DNA of 63,716 nucleotides, filler included, from Octopus bimaculoides (taxonomy: Eukaryota), in NCBI RefSeq assembly GCF_001194135.2. It is 6 parts of 6 records of this genome, joined end to end, with 100 filler letters (N's around TTAATTAATTAA, not from the genome) between each part and the next. Parts side by side here need not be neighbours in the genome. Positions count along the whole stretch, not along the records: positions 1 to 26,351 come from NC_068986.1; 5 more parts are not named here. One strand, 5' to 3'. Position numbers and translations under genes: made by a program. Positions 1 to 13,458 of this stretch are shown here, in pieces (positions within the stretch are counted from its first letter, which is position 1; each line of letters opens with the position of its first letter). The notes beneath the pieces were generated by a model. That model had not been told where the DNA came from. It was given only the letters and a program-made list of their open reading frames with translations, and searched no databases.

Positions 1-683
1 ATATATACATATATATATGTATATTTATCATATATATACATGTATATATAATATGTATACATATAAATATATATATATACATATTTACGCATACAGACAT
101 GCGCATATATTTTATATATATACAAGTGTGACGTGTATGTACGTGTATATATGCATGTATTTACGTATATTTGTTTTGTATATGAGTATGATTATCACAA
201 TCAAGACCACATACAAATGTATAGATATATATGTGCGTGAGAGAGAGAGGGCAGTTTTGCCTGTATGCATATATGCGTGTACGTATCCACGTATGTATGC
301 ATGTATGTATAAATAGATATATGCACTCACCTATGTATGTATGTATGTACGTGAGAGTATAGATAATCTATTAAAGATGAGAAAATACAACATTGTCGTG
401 TCAGTGATGGATGAGAATTTTTACGGAGTCTCTTGACGAACTCCAATAAGCACACAATGTCATCTCACTTTACCAACAACGCAACAGTAATTTAGATATA
501 AATAAAATGTCGTATACAAATTAATCTCCCCTTATACTGTAACTCTTTTATCGCTGAAATCATTTTCGTGTAGACGAAGGTTAATCTTATTTTCCTACCG
601 TCTATTTTTTTCTTAATTCTACTGTTTATTACGTTTGCTTGTTTTCGGAGAATGGTTATTGTAAATTACTTAATATACATACA

Positions 684-727
<44 letters not shown>

Positions 728-934
728 TATGTGTATGTATGTATATACATATATACTTATATATAATTAAATATATCTATATACACACATACATACAAAC
801 ATACAAAAATGCATACATCCATGCATATATATGTGTGTCTGTGTGTGTACACATATAAACATACTTAAATCTGTATATAAATATTTTGCGCGCGCGCGTG
901 TGTGTGAGAGAGAGAGAGAGTGTTGTTAGTATGT

Positions 935-977
<43 letters not shown>

Positions 978-1186
978 TGTCTTTGTATGTATATACGTAT
1001 GTATGTGTATAAATGTAGTTTTATATGGTATATTTGTTTACAGATCTATAAATCTCTACAGAACTAAAACTAATATACATATACACACACACATTCACAC
1101 AAACACACACACACACATATGTATATATACATCTATGTATATATACATCTATGTATATATACATCTATGTATATAAACATTTTGAT

Positions 1187-1251
<65 letters not shown>

Positions 1252-1290
1252 CAGACCGATAGACAGACAGACAGTCAGGCAGACAATCAG
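1..1290. repeat. Compound microsatellite block: (TA)n, (TATG)n, (CA)n, (GATA)n, (GACA)n
   Basis: Seen directly; the YI/HT-rich ORFs here are translations of these repeats. Confidence 0.95.
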
Positions 1291-2043
1291 TCATACAGAA
1301 AGAAAGATAGATAACTTTCTTTTATTAGCCACACAGGGCTGCACACAGAGGGGACAAATACAACTGTAGAGCTTTTCTTTAAAAATAAAAAAGGTAAAAT
1401 AAAAATAATAAAATCCGATCAAAAGGAGCAATAAAAAAAAGGTATCGTATATCACAGAAAATGTCAATTGTGTAAAATGGGGTAACATTAGGTTTATCCA
1501 TGGAGAGAAAAGCCTACGGAAAAGACCATGGTAACCTCAGCAGGGAATAGACACATGAGAGCGAAGTGCTCTCTCNNNNNNNNNNNNNNNNNNNNNNNNN
1601 NNNNNNNNNNNNNNNNNNNNNNNNNNNNNNTTTTTTTTTTTCTCGATTTATAGGATCATGCTCAAAGAGGTATCGTCACTCGCACACACCATCTTTGCTA
1701 CATTCACCCACCTTTTAATGAAACTTTCATGAGACAAAAACTGTCTCTCTATTCTCACCTTCCTTTTCAAGTGATACTTGAAAAAGTTGATGAGCGATTG
1801 GCCAGAGAGGTAAGTTTTCGTCTCTAATCCTTTCGCTCGGGTCCACCACACACATTCTTTCACCATGGCCACCAGTATGATGAGCACTGCCTTGCCTTCC
1901 CTGTTGAGGGACGGTGGTGGAGCAATTTGCATAATAGACTCGGCTGACAGGCGGACTCGTCCCACATATGACAGCAGCCGTTCGGCATAAGCCCACAGGT
2001 CGGAAATCTTTGGACACTGCACGATTGCGTGCAGAACGGTTTG
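1285..2043 (-). mobile_element. 5'-truncated L1/Tx1-clade LINE 3' end (ORF2 C-terminus, 3' UTR, microsatellite tail)
   Basis: Minus strand reads QTVLHAIVQCPKISDLW...VKECVWWTRAKG...FFKYHLKRKVRIERQ...FIKRWV (stop at 1648-1650), matching the zf-RVT H-x4-C half and the WxxR motif of L1/Tx1 ORF2. An A-run, an N gap and a UTR with AATAAA follow, running into (TCTG/TCTA)n. Confidence 0.75.
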
Positions 2044-2933
2044 GAGAGAAGGAGGAGGAGGAGGAAGACAACGACGATAACAACGGAAGAGGATGACGAT
2101 GATGATGACACCATTTTATGCGAGGGTAGCATTAAGATGACATTGGTACTTGAAAGGTATGGCCCCGTTCAATTATTTATTTATTAAATTATTTATTTGT
2201 TAAATTGTGTCCGAATGTAATAAAATAATGCATCAGTAAGCATTTTTTATACACTAGGTTTTCTAAAATGCCATCTTCTTGAAGATTTTTTCTATTAAGT
2301 TCGGTTTAATGTCTTAATTTTAATTTTCTAGTTATCTATCATTTGCACGTTGTCTGTGTTCTGAAAATAAATTGATTTTTATGTAATTTTAAATTCCTTG
2401 AAGAGTCCAGAAATTAAGTATTTTTATCTGTGAACTGTTTGATTTTTAAAGAACAGTGGCTCACTGATCTCTGTCCTAGAGAATTTTAAATAACTAATTT
2501 TTGTATAATAGATATGTGGAATTATTTTAAACATTATAACTTTCTGTACAAGGGAGTGTATATAATGTTTATTGGGTAAACTAAGTTACGATCACATTAA
2601 TCCTCTATCATCATGTGATATCTTATTTCTTGATGTGTTCAGGCTCCCAGACTGGATTTGAAACAGAAACTTCTTTTTCTAAACAAAGGATAATACCGCT
2701 CTTATTCTAATGAGATAAAATGAAATTACTTAATCTGGAACTGAAATGGTAACTGCAAAGATTTATTTTACCAAATTATACTACCATCAGCTGTCGTATC
2801 CGCAGGAGACTACCAGATTTTCAAATAATAAATTGTAAAGAAAACTTTTGAAAAATTCTTAACTGTATTTGAAGGTTTTTGTCACGGTAAATATGAGGAT
2901 CTTTTCAGTAAATAGAACTAGTTGAAATCAAGA

Positions 2934-3021
<88 letters not shown>

Positions 3022-3048
3022 TTAATAATAATAATAATAATAATGATG

Positions 3049-3110
<62 letters not shown>
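2934..3110 (+). repeat. (AAT)n microsatellite
   Basis: Seen directly; source of the poly-N and poly-I ORFs. Confidence 0.98.
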
Positions 3111-3111
3111 C

Positions 3112-3432
3112 CCTAGGAATGATAAAAAATGGTACTGAAACCTATTTGAAAATGATACCAGGCTTACCATCCCTGCAAGAAGTGCAAAAAATTGTGTTAA
3201 CTGGAACGACTCATGTACTGAGAAGAGCATTATCGCTGTGAATACAACATCCATTCATGAATTTATTTATTTATTAGTTCTTTTAAATACATATTTTACT
3301 TGTGAATTTGCGTGTGTAAACTGAGAATGCATACAATGAGCTCCTCTGCCCTAGGTGTACGGAAAACACTCGGCGAGAAATGGAAGAAAATTTGAAAGAA
3401 GAAAAGTAAAGAGAAAATAATTATATTAATAA
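3112..3432 (+). mobile_element. R4/Dong-type RLE LINE, extreme 3' fragment (copy 1)
   Basis: LGMIKNGTETYLKMIPGLPSLQEVQKIVLTGTTHVLRRALSL* followed by a 3' UTR ending ...ACACTCGGCGAGAAATGGAAG... and an AAT-like tail. Confidence 0.8.
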
Positions 3433-3433
3433 T

Positions 3434-4147
3434 GGATAAGTTGCCATTATAAAAATCAAAACTGCTGACAAATGGTACAAGCACCACCCTGAAGTTGTAA
3501 CTGAGGGGAAAAATGTAACGATTATTTTGGACTTTCCTGTATATAGAGACCGGGCCATCAAAGCTAATAAACCAGATATTGTTGTGAAAGACGAAAACAA
3601 TAAAATTTATTTATTGATTGACATGAGCATACCTTGTGATGATAATATCCTGGCAAAAGAATTTAATGAGCTCAGAAAATATAAGATTTGCTGATTGGCA
3701 TCTAAAGACGGTTACGACACCAGTGATTATAAGAGCACTTGGAATGATAAAAAAAAGGAACTGAGGATGATCCCTGGCTTACCATCCATGTAAGAAGTAC
3801 AGAAGACCGTCTTAACTGGTATGTCACACGTATTGACAAAAGCATCGTCGCCGTGAAATTTCGTTCTTTTTCCTACTTTATTTTCTTTTTCTCGTTTTCA
3901 ATTTTTCTTTTCTCTTTCTTTACATTTTCTCTCTGTTTTCCTTCCCTCTTTCTTTTTCTACTACATGACTTTGCAAATGAACACTCTGGTGCGTTTATTT
4001 TAATGGCCAGCCAATGTATTCAGTGAGGGTTTTTGCTCAAGGTGTTGGGAAGACACTCGGAAAGAAATGGAAACAAAATTGAAGATTAAAACAATAATGA
4101 TAATAATAATGATAATAATGATAATAATAATAATAATAATAGTAATA
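3434..4147 (+). mobile_element. R4/Dong-type RLE LINE 3' fragment (copy 2), degenerate
   Basis: KIKTADKWYKHHPEVVTEGKNVTIILDF...KANKPDIVVKDENNKIYLLIDMSIPCDDNILAKEFNELRKYK, a PD-(D/E)xK restriction-like endonuclease, then ALGMIKK..MIPGLPS..EVQKTVLTG. The 3' UTR resembles that of copy 1 and is followed by an (AAT)n tail. Confidence 0.85.
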
Positions 4148-4841
4148 NNNNNNNNNNNNNNNNNNNNNNNNNNNNNNNNNNNNNNNNNNNNNNNNNNNNN
4201 NNNNNNNNNNNNNNNNNNNNNNNNNNNNNNNNNNNNNNNNNNNNNNNNNNNNNNNNNNNNNNNNNNNNNNNNNNNNNNNNNNNNNNNNNNNNNNNNNNNN
4301 NNNNNNNNNNNNNNNNNNNNNNNNNNNNNNNNNNNNNNNNNNNNNNNNNNNNNNNNNNNNNNNNNNNNNNNNNNNNNNNNNNNNNNNNNNNNNNNNNNNN
4401 NNNNNNNNNNNNNNNNNNNNNNNNNNNNNNNNNNNNNNNNNNNNNNNNNNNNNNNNNNNNNNNNNNNNNNNNNNNNNNNNNNNNNNNNNNNNNNNNNNNN
4501 NNNNNNNNNNNNNNNNNNNNNNNNNNNNNNNNNNNNNNNNNNNNNNNNNNNNNNNNNNNNNNNNNNNNNNNNNNNNNNNNNNNNNNNNNNNNNNNNNNNN
4601 NNNNNNNNNNNNNNNNNNNNNNNNNNNNNNNNNNNNNNNNNNNNNNNNNNNNNNNNNNNNNNNNNNNNNNNNNNNNNNNNNNNNNNNNNNNNNNNNNNNN
4701 NNNNNNNNNNNNNNNNNNNNNNNNNNNNNNNNNNNNNNNNNNNNNNNNNNNNNNNNNNNNNNNNNNNNNNNNNNNNNNTGGTGGTGGTGGTGGTGGTGGT
4801 GGTGGTGGTGGTGGTGGTGGTAATGAGGATGGTGATGATGA

Positions 4842-6895
4842 TGATAATTCCAGAAGAGCAGAAGGGATGCTGCAAGGGTTCATACGGCTGTAAAGATCAA
4901 CTACTGTAAAGATCCATAACTGAAGACATCCGCAAACAGAAGGCTCTCAGAATGGCTTAGATCGATTATCGAAAGGCTTTTGATAGTATTCCCCACTCAT
5001 AGATCTTAGAAACACTAGCCATGAATAAGGTAGCACCAATAATCATAAAATATATAAAACATTCCATGGATAAATGGCAGACAGTGCTACAGCTCTAGAC
5101 AAAAGAGAGGCTCATAAAAACTAAAGCTATTCCCATTACAAGAAGAATATTCCAGAGAGACACCCTCTCTCCACTCTTTCTCAGTGTGGCACTGACACCT
5201 TTATCTGACATGCTAAACAGAGCTGGATGTGGATACAACTGTTACGGCCCAACTATCAACCAATTCTTATATATGGACGATCTAAAACTGTACACTACAA
5301 ATGATAAACAGCTGGAAACAGTACATGGATTTACCAAAGAAATAAACATGAAATTTAGCCTAGAAGAATGTGCCAAAGCAATCGTGAAAAGAGGAAAACT
5401 AGTTAAGAGTAGCAACATCACACTAGATAAAACAAATGAAATAAGAGAATTAGACCAAAGCCAGACATACAAATACTTAGGAATCAATGAACTAGATACG
5501 ATACAATACACACCAATGAAAGAGAAAATAAGAAAAGAATACTATAGACGAGTTAGATTAATACTGAAAACAAAGCTCAAGGCGAAAAATAAGATAATAG
5601 GTATCAACACTAGACGTCCCACTTATGAATTACAGTTACAATATTCTTAACTGGATTGTAAATGAACTAATCAAAATAGACTGAAAAACAAGAAAAATAA
5701 TGACAGGATTTAGGATGCACCACCAAATCTCTAACAAAGAAAGAGTATATACACAACGTATCGGAGGTCGTAGAGGCCTTATACAGCTAGAAAACTATTA
5801 CAAAATGACCACCATAGGACTACAGAAATACCTACTTCAGAAGCAAGGAAAACTAATGCAAATAACCACAAAACTCGAACAAAACAAAAGACTGTTTTCA
5901 GTCTTTAAGGAAGTTGACAAATACAAGACAGAAGTCATAGTACCTAACAACTATGAAGAAAAAGAAGAAACAACAACAGCTGTAAACCAACTGAAACCCA
6001 AACTAAAACTGGACCAGCAAAGGATCAGGATAAAACGATGGTAAGAAAAGCCCCTACATGGCAAATATTGGGTTAAGCTAAACAGAAAAGAAATAGACAA
6101 AGAAAAATCCCAACAATGGCTGAGAAGCTCAGGACTCAAAGCAGAGACAGAAGGATTTTTAATTGCAGCACAAGATCAAAGCCTTCCCACCAGAAATCAC
6201 CGAAAACACGTATTGAAAAGAAACACAAGTAACTGCAGAATATGTGGTGATGGACAAGAAACAATAAATCATCTTGTCTCTGGCTGCCCAGTCCTGGATA
6301 AGAAGGAATATATTCACAGACACGACAGAGTTAGGACCTATGTACACTGGAAGTTATGCCAATATTATGGAACAACAACAGAAAAAGGATTGAATAGGTA
6401 CACCTCAAAAAAGTTCACGGAAAATGGGAAAGCAACCATACTCTGGAATATGCCAATACACAGATAGAGAAATTAAGGCGAATAGACCGGATATAGTTGG
6501 CAGAGATCACCAAGAAATAAAATGCTTTCTAATCGATGTATCCATACCAACAGATGTCATCGTTTCTCTAAAAGAAACGGAGAAACTTTCAAAATACAAA
6601 GATCTGGAAATAGAGGTAACTCGAATGTGAAGCCTAAAATCAGAAACAATTCCTATCATAGTAGGCGCATTAGATATGATAAAAAAATATATTCAGACAC
6701 ATACATAACAAATACAGCAGGACTTACAAGTATATATAACATACAGAAAATAACACTAATAGGCACCGCACAATCCTACGTAAAATACTTCCAAAACTGT
6801 GAAAATAGAACACCACAACAAACCACAGCACATACCCAAGGCACACAGAGCTGCGCTCGGTAGTGCAATGAAAACACGTGATAAAAATAAGACTA

Positions 6896-6897
<2 letters not shown>
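4842..6897 (+). mobile_element. R4/Dong-clade non-LTR retrotransposon, 5'-truncated pseudogene (RT + CCHC knuckle + RLE)
   Basis: IIPEEQKGC..GCKDQLL, IDYRKAFDSIPH, FQRDTLSPL, FLYMDDLKLY (RT catalytic YMDD), YKYLG, CRICGDGQETINHLVSGC (zinc knuckle), ANRPDIV..LIDVSIP..KETEKLSKYKDL (RLE). Many stops and frameshifts; ends in (AAT)n. Confidence 0.93.
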
Positions 6898-6975
<78 letters not shown>

Positions 6976-7015
6976 CAACAACAACAACAACAACAATAAC
7001 AATAATAACAACAAC

Positions 7016-7060
<45 letters not shown>

Positions 7061-7112
7061 CATGACAATGATGAATATGATGATAATAATAATAACAGCA
7101 ACAACAATACTA
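6898..7112 (+). repeat. (AAT)n/(AAC)n tail of the LINE
   Basis: Seen directly. Confidence 0.95.
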
Positions 7113-7436
7113 AATAGTAAAATACAAGCGCTAATGTTAATATCCACAGACTAATAGATCTGACAAGATTTCACCGCCTCACATAGCTAATCAGTCATTC
7201 TAACCAATTCAAATTGCCATCTGCGAGCCAACCATTCCTCAGGATGTGGACATCGAGGTTTTAAAAAGAACAAACTTACCTGGCACATTACCAGGAGACC
7301 GAGCACACAATCTCTCTCTCTCTTTCTCCTTCTCTCTTTCTTTCTTTCTGTGTGTGTGTGTGTGTGTGTATGTGTGTGTGGTTAGCGAAAATAATGAGTA
7401 AGTGTATGTATGTATATAACATATTCACATACATAT

Positions 7437-7475
<39 letters not shown>

Positions 7476-9090
7476 TACATGATTGTGTCAATGTGTGAGT
7501 GTGTATTAATGGCGGAAATTTGGCGGCCTTTTCGGTATACAGATTAAAGTTTTCGAAGAGTCTTTATTAAAATTATAATGGGTTATTATATTCGACCCTA
7601 TCAACTGCTACCTACATCCTCCAGACCGCTACCTTGCTGCAGCCTCGAGCCGCACCGGAACTTCGATTTAAAGGGAGAAAAAAAAAGCATTCAACCCCAA
7701 TTAATCGGTGGTATGTATTTATTTATTTTCATATTGGATTCCATCCAAGACTTGGAAATTTGTGCGTTACCGCTGTAGGAATAAACAAGAAAGAAACCGT
7801 GATGAAAAGAAAAGTTAATAAGATATATTCTAGAAAGAGCAATAAGAACGACATTGCAGAGAAAAGCAAGAGAAATAAGGCAATTGAGTAGAGTAGGCTT
7901 TCGGTCAGCTGCGTAAAAGCCTGTTTACCATTTACAGTAACATAATTAAAATGTGTGCGGGGAAGTTAGCTGTAGTAGTCACAATAGAAAGCTGCTAATT
8001 CGCATCCTTTAAGAAAATCTCCAAAGAGTGAAAATTTTAACCAACAGCTGCTGTGACATTATGTGACATGAATTAATAGAATTTTCCAGAAAACGAATAA
8101 GTAAATCTTGTCATACTTTTCTTTCTCTTACTGATATTATTCCGGTCTGTAATCAAAGTTCAATTAATCTCGTTTCTAAACAGGTAGCAGCCATTTTCCT
8201 TCTGTGCAATTCATCTGAAATGATTTTACAAGCAATTATTCACTATCGGAAAGCTGGTTCCGCTTAAAAGCAAAAACGGAATAGTGGTGTGTATGTATGG
8301 CGGGGTTAGGTTATTGTCGTGGTGGTAGTGGTAGTGGTGGTGGTGGTGGTGGTGGCGAGAAGGAGAAGGAGGAGGAGGAAGGTGGGGGAAAAGTAAGGAA
8401 GGAGAAGCAAATGGCGACGGATGGGTGAGAAGTTTGGAGGGTAGATAATGAGGAAACAGAAAAGGGGGCAAATGGGTGGAGAGGTAGGGCGGTGCAGGAA
8501 AGGAATTTCTGAATATTGATTGTGGGGTAACTTTGAAGACAATTATACCAAGTCTACACTGCTGTTGGCAAATCTGTAAGATTTTGTGTGTACCTTGCCA
8601 GCGCAGTATAGACGCAGGGGGAAAGAGCGAATACGAGAAGGAGCTAGTTGGAGAGGAAGGACAATGTGTAGTGGTGATAGAAGTGTAGAGGGGTAGGATA
8701 TGGACTAGCGTTAGTAAGGTGGACATTGGTATCAGTGTACAAACAATGGCCACCGATGGAATGGAATGAAATGGAATGATGCACACAAATGGGCAAAGTA
8801 AAATAAGGTTCTGTGAATATTTCAATTTATTTGGTGCGATTCTTTAAGTTGAATGGTGCACTAAATATACTTCATATGAGCGTTGTTGTGAGAGTGTAGG
8901 GTCATTTGTGTGTTATATAATGTTTAGATATATATATTGATGTAGATATAGATGCATACACATATATCATAAATAACGTTATGCATTATATATAAAATAG
9001 AAATATATATATTATACATGTAACAATATATATTGCACATTATATAGACAGACTGACAGATAGATAGATATTTATACACACATACACACG

Positions 9091-9194
<104 letters not shown>

Positions 9195-9244
9195 CAAACA
9201 TATTTATACTTATTCATGCACACAACAAATACACACAATTGGTA

Positions 9245-9460
9245 ATACTTTTCTACTCTAGGCACAAGGCCCGAAATTTTGGGGGAGGGAGCAGTCGATT
9301 AGATTGACGCCAGTACGCAACTGGTACTTAATTCATCGACCCCGAAAGGATGAAAGCCAAAGTCGACCTCGACGGAATTTGAACTCAGAACATAAAGACT
9401 GACGAAATATCGCCAAGCATTTCGCCCGGTGCGCTAACGTTTCTGTCAGCTCGCCGCCTT
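9245..9460 (-). mobile_element. tRNA-derived SINE family A (resembles octopus OR-type SINEs), near full length
   Basis: Minus strand AAGGCGGCGAGCTGACAGAA (A-box-like) ... GAGTTCAAATTCC (B box) ... CTTTCATCCTTTCGGGGTCGAT...AAGTACCAGTT; homologous to the copy at 53587-53790. Confidence 0.85.
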
Positions 9461-10446
9461 ACACACAATTGTTAATTGCAGCATAAACGACTCACAACCA
9501 TATTCAATGACTACAGATGCATGCTACAAAACACAACTGTAGAGTATCGTTATGGGAAAATATATGTGTGTTGCCAGTTACAGATGTAACATTACAGATA
9601 TAATGTATGCAACTGTTTCCTAACACTTAAAACGGCAAGGAAATTCAAACATATATTAATTAGTTGGAATAGGAAACCTATGGAAATATTGCTATTTGTG
9701 AAGGGTTATGAGTTGTGCTTAGTTTATATTGTACTGTCAGTCATGAATAACGAAATAATGCAACTCTCTAGTGTCTCAAAGATGTTGTATGAGGTGTCTG
9801 ATGACGTAGTCTGATTTGAGCACACAGCACTCTGTTTCAGCCATATTCGCTGATGCAGCTCGGTTCCTTGAGTCTTGCAGTGGATGCATGGTTCTACATG
9901 CTAGTACTGCGACAGAGCCTTGTTAATATCCTTTAATACTCGCCATTCAAGAAAGTATCACGACTCCTTGGTGACATAAGGCTATTATGTAAGTTCAACT
10001 AAGCATTACTGTTGTGTGCTGTTAATTCTGAAGATGTAATATACGTCTTAAAGTAGTAGAGTTAAGCGTAGAATTGTCTGCTAGGTCACAACTTAGTGGT
10101 ACTTACGGTTTAGGATCGTTTGAGACGTTTTCCAAATCAGATTTGTAAGTTGGCGAACCAAAGGTCTCTGCCCTTCTCATTATGTTGGCTACACATGCAC
10201 ACCCCTAATCTGTATAATAGTGTAGAGTTAAACTATGTTCTCTTAGTTATAACGTTAAAAGTAGAAATGCTTTGTTATCTCCCTTGCATGTAACAAAGGT
10301 CGACGCTCGATAGATGCCCGATTACGATATGGGTTAAATATAGTTTGTTTGTGGAACGGGTGGCGTGCTGTGTGAAGGAAAAGGGACGACAGGAAAGAAC
10401 GGAAATGAAAATATAGATATAGATGTATGTCGATTTCACACCTGAC

Positions 10447-10501
<55 letters not shown>

Positions 10502-10910
10502 ATGTGTGTGCGTGTGTGTATGNNNNNNNNNNGTGCGTGTGTCTGTGTGTGCGTGTGTGTGTGTGTGCGTGTGTGTATGTGTGTGTGCATGTGTGTGTGT
10601 GTGTGTTACTTAGCCTTTGACGTTTTTACCATCCAATACATTGCATACAATAGTTTATAGTTGGATGGATGGAAACGATGGATATGGATGGACAATTTAG
10701 GTAGATTTCGGACATTACTGGATCTGGTCATCTTTTAACATAGTAACAGTATCTGGCGAAGCGTCTTTAAAGTCATGTTTTAGGACATCACAGCCTACTC
10801 GAGTAGGGCGTTGTTAGTTGCCGCAATGTGTCCTAATGTCCATGGTTTTTACTGGTATATCTTACAGGAATTTGTCCGGATACGTATGAATCTAACGCCA
10901 TTTATTTATT

Positions 10911-10962
<52 letters not shown>

Positions 10963-10980
10963 TGTGAGAGAGAGAGAGTC

Positions 10981-11030
<50 letters not shown>

Positions 11031-11204
11031 GGACAGACGGACAGACAGACAGAGACAGAAAGACAGAGAACAAGCTAGAGTACTTCAATTCTTATAATGC
11101 TTGGATCTGTTGAGGGAGAGTGCAGCGGGCAGCTGCATTCAAGGTGAGATCAAGAAAACGCAGAGGAAAGCATCTAAGAATCCATGAGTCCATTGTGTGC
11201 AAAC

Positions 11205-11478
11205 GTGGCTGTGTGGTAAGAATTTTGCTTCCCAACCACATGGTTTCGGGTTCAGTCCTACTGTGTTGCACCTTGGCAAGTGTCTTCTATTATAGCCTCG
11301 GGCTGACCAAATCCTTGTGAGTGGATTTGGTAGGTGGAAACTGAAAGAAGTCAATCGAAAATATGTGTGTGTTTGAGTCTATATTTGTCCCGCCGCCAAC
11401 GCTTGACAACCGGTGCTAACGTGTTTACGTCCCCGTAACTTAGCGGTTCGGCAAAAATCACCGTTAGAACATTAAGAA
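11205..11478 (+). mobile_element. tRNA-derived SINE family B (head, short internal TG tract, partial tail)
   Basis: GCTGTGTGGTAAG..GGGTTCAGTCC head, GGCAAGTGTCTTCT..GGATTTGGTAG..GGAAACTGAAAGAAG body, CCCCGTAACTTAGCGGTTCGGCAAAA tail; shared with several other copies in the window. Confidence 0.85.
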
Positions 11479-11734
11479 AAAGTATCGTCGAAAACCTTTC
11501 ATGACGGCGTTCGATTCTCGTAGGATACTGTTTGACATTAATAAACTGGTAAATACACACGCGCACGAGCGCGTGCACATGCACACACACACACACACAC
11601 ATACACTCGCACACAAATATAGAAATGCACATAAACATATACACACACGCATGCATACACGAACATGTATATTTATAAGTTTGTGTGTGTGTGTATGTGT
11701 GTGCGTGTGTGAGTGTGTGTGCGTGTGTGTGTGT

Positions 11735-12605
11735 TATTTTATTCTGTTAGTTGTTTCAGTTATTTGATAGCAGCCATGCTGGAGCAACGAATGAAAGGTT
11801 TCTTAAACCTGGTACTTATTCCTTTGTTATCTTTTGCCGAACCGCTTAGTTACGGCGACATAAACACACCAACACTAGTTGTCAGGGCGTACTGGGGGGG
11901 GGGGACAGACACATACACAAAGGCACACGCACATAGATATATATATATATATATATATNNNNNNNNNNNNNNNNNNNNNNNNNNNNNNNNNNNNNNNNNN
12001 NNNNNNNNNNNNNNNNNNNNNNNNNNNNNNNNNNNNNNNNNNNNNNNNNNNNNNNNNNNNNNNNNNNNNNNNNNNNNNNNNNNNNNNNNNNNNNNNNNNN
12101 NNNNNNNNNNNNNNNNNNNNNNNNNNNNNNNNNNNNNNNNNNNNNNNNNNNNNNNNNNNNNNNNNNNNNNNNNNNNNNNNNNNNNNNNNNNNNNNNNNNN
12201 NNNNNNNNNNNNNNNNNNNNNNNNNNNNNNNNNNNNNNNNNNNNNNNNNNNNNNNNNNNNNNNNNNNNNNNNNNNNNNNNNNNNNNNNNNNNNNNNNNNN
12301 NNNNNNNNNNNNNNNNNNNNNNNNNNNNNNNNNNNNNNNNNNNNNNNNNNNNNNNNNNNNNNNNNNNNNNNNNNNNNNNNNNNNNNNNNNNNNNNNNNNN
12401 NNNNNNNNNNNNNNNNNNNNNNNNNNNNNNNNNNNNNNNTATATATATATACGACGGGCTTTCAATTTCGGTCTACCAAATCCACTTACAAGTCTTTGGT
12501 CACCCTCAAGCTATAGCAGAAGACACATGCCGAAGCTGTCACACAGTGGGACAGAATCTGGAAGCAAGTGATCGGAAAGCAAGCTTCTTCCCACAGAACC
12601 ACGCT
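11735..12605 (-). mobile_element. SINE family B, full-length minus copy with an internal (TA)n tract containing an N gap
   Basis: Tail at 11735-11910 (TTTTGCCGAACCGCTTAGTTACGG) and head at about 12449-12605 (ACGACGGGCTTTCAATTTC..AAGCAAGCTTCTTCCCAC). Confidence 0.85.
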
Positions 12606-12677
<72 letters not shown>

Positions 12678-13082
12678 CTAAAGTGTATATATCCATTATA
12701 TATTTTCATTTATGTATATATGTAGTTATATATAAGCGTATATACATATACATACATATGTATGTATGTACATACACACACAGAAATACAGAAGGGTGAA
12801 GGGAGATGTGATATGTATATGTGTACATGACACACGCACACACAGACATACACTCATACATACATACATACCTATACACATGTATACATATATACATGTG
12901 TATACATATATACATTATAGTATTAATCCCCAAATCCATACCGTCCATAGCGTAAGCGATATTGAAGGTAAGATATTAAAGGGTCATACCGGAACTGCTG
13001 TGATTTTCAGTACGAGGATTAATTATGTAATACCCTTTATATATATGTGAGTGTTTGTATGTGAGTGAGTGTGTGTGTGTGA

Positions 13083-13458
13083 GACGCAATGGCCCAGCGG
13101 TTAGTGGCAATAGACTCGCGGGTATGGGATTGCGGTTTCGATTCCTAGACCGGGCATTGTGAATGTTTATTGAGCGAAAACACCAAAAGTTCCACGAGGC
13201 TCTGGCATGTAGTGGTGGCTAACCCTGCTGTACTCTTTCACCACAACTTTCTCTCACTCTTTCTTCCATTTTTTGTTGTAGCTGTATTTCAAAGGGCCAG
13301 CCTTGTTACGCTCTGTGTCACGCTCTTTCTCGCCGAGAAGTATGTTAAGGGTACACGTGTCTGCAGAGTGCTCAGTAACCCACGCGTTAATTTCACGAGC
13401 AAGCTGTTTCGTTAATCAGATCAACTGGAACCCTCGTTTTCGTAACCGACGGAGTGCC
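13083..13458 (+). mobile_element. tRNA-derived SINE family C
   Basis: TGGCCCAGCGG (A box) and GGTTTCGATTCC (B box), TTGAGCGAAAACAC core, tail ending ...AACTGGAACCCTCG..GTAACCGACGGAGTGCC then (CA)n. Related heads lie at 44.2 and 52.0 kb. Confidence 0.75.

Noticed and set aside
7274-7285. ACTTACCTGGCA identical to the 5' end of U1 snRNA
   Set aside because: Downstream sequence does not follow U1. It is better read as a consensus minus-strand donor (CAG|GTAAGT), and no coding exon could be attached to it.
13083-13160. tRNA-like A and B boxes (also at 9400-9460, 11205-11260, 53587-53660, 53815-53880)
   Set aside because: No complete cloverleaf, and most are followed by SINE bodies; treated as SINE heads, not tRNA genes.
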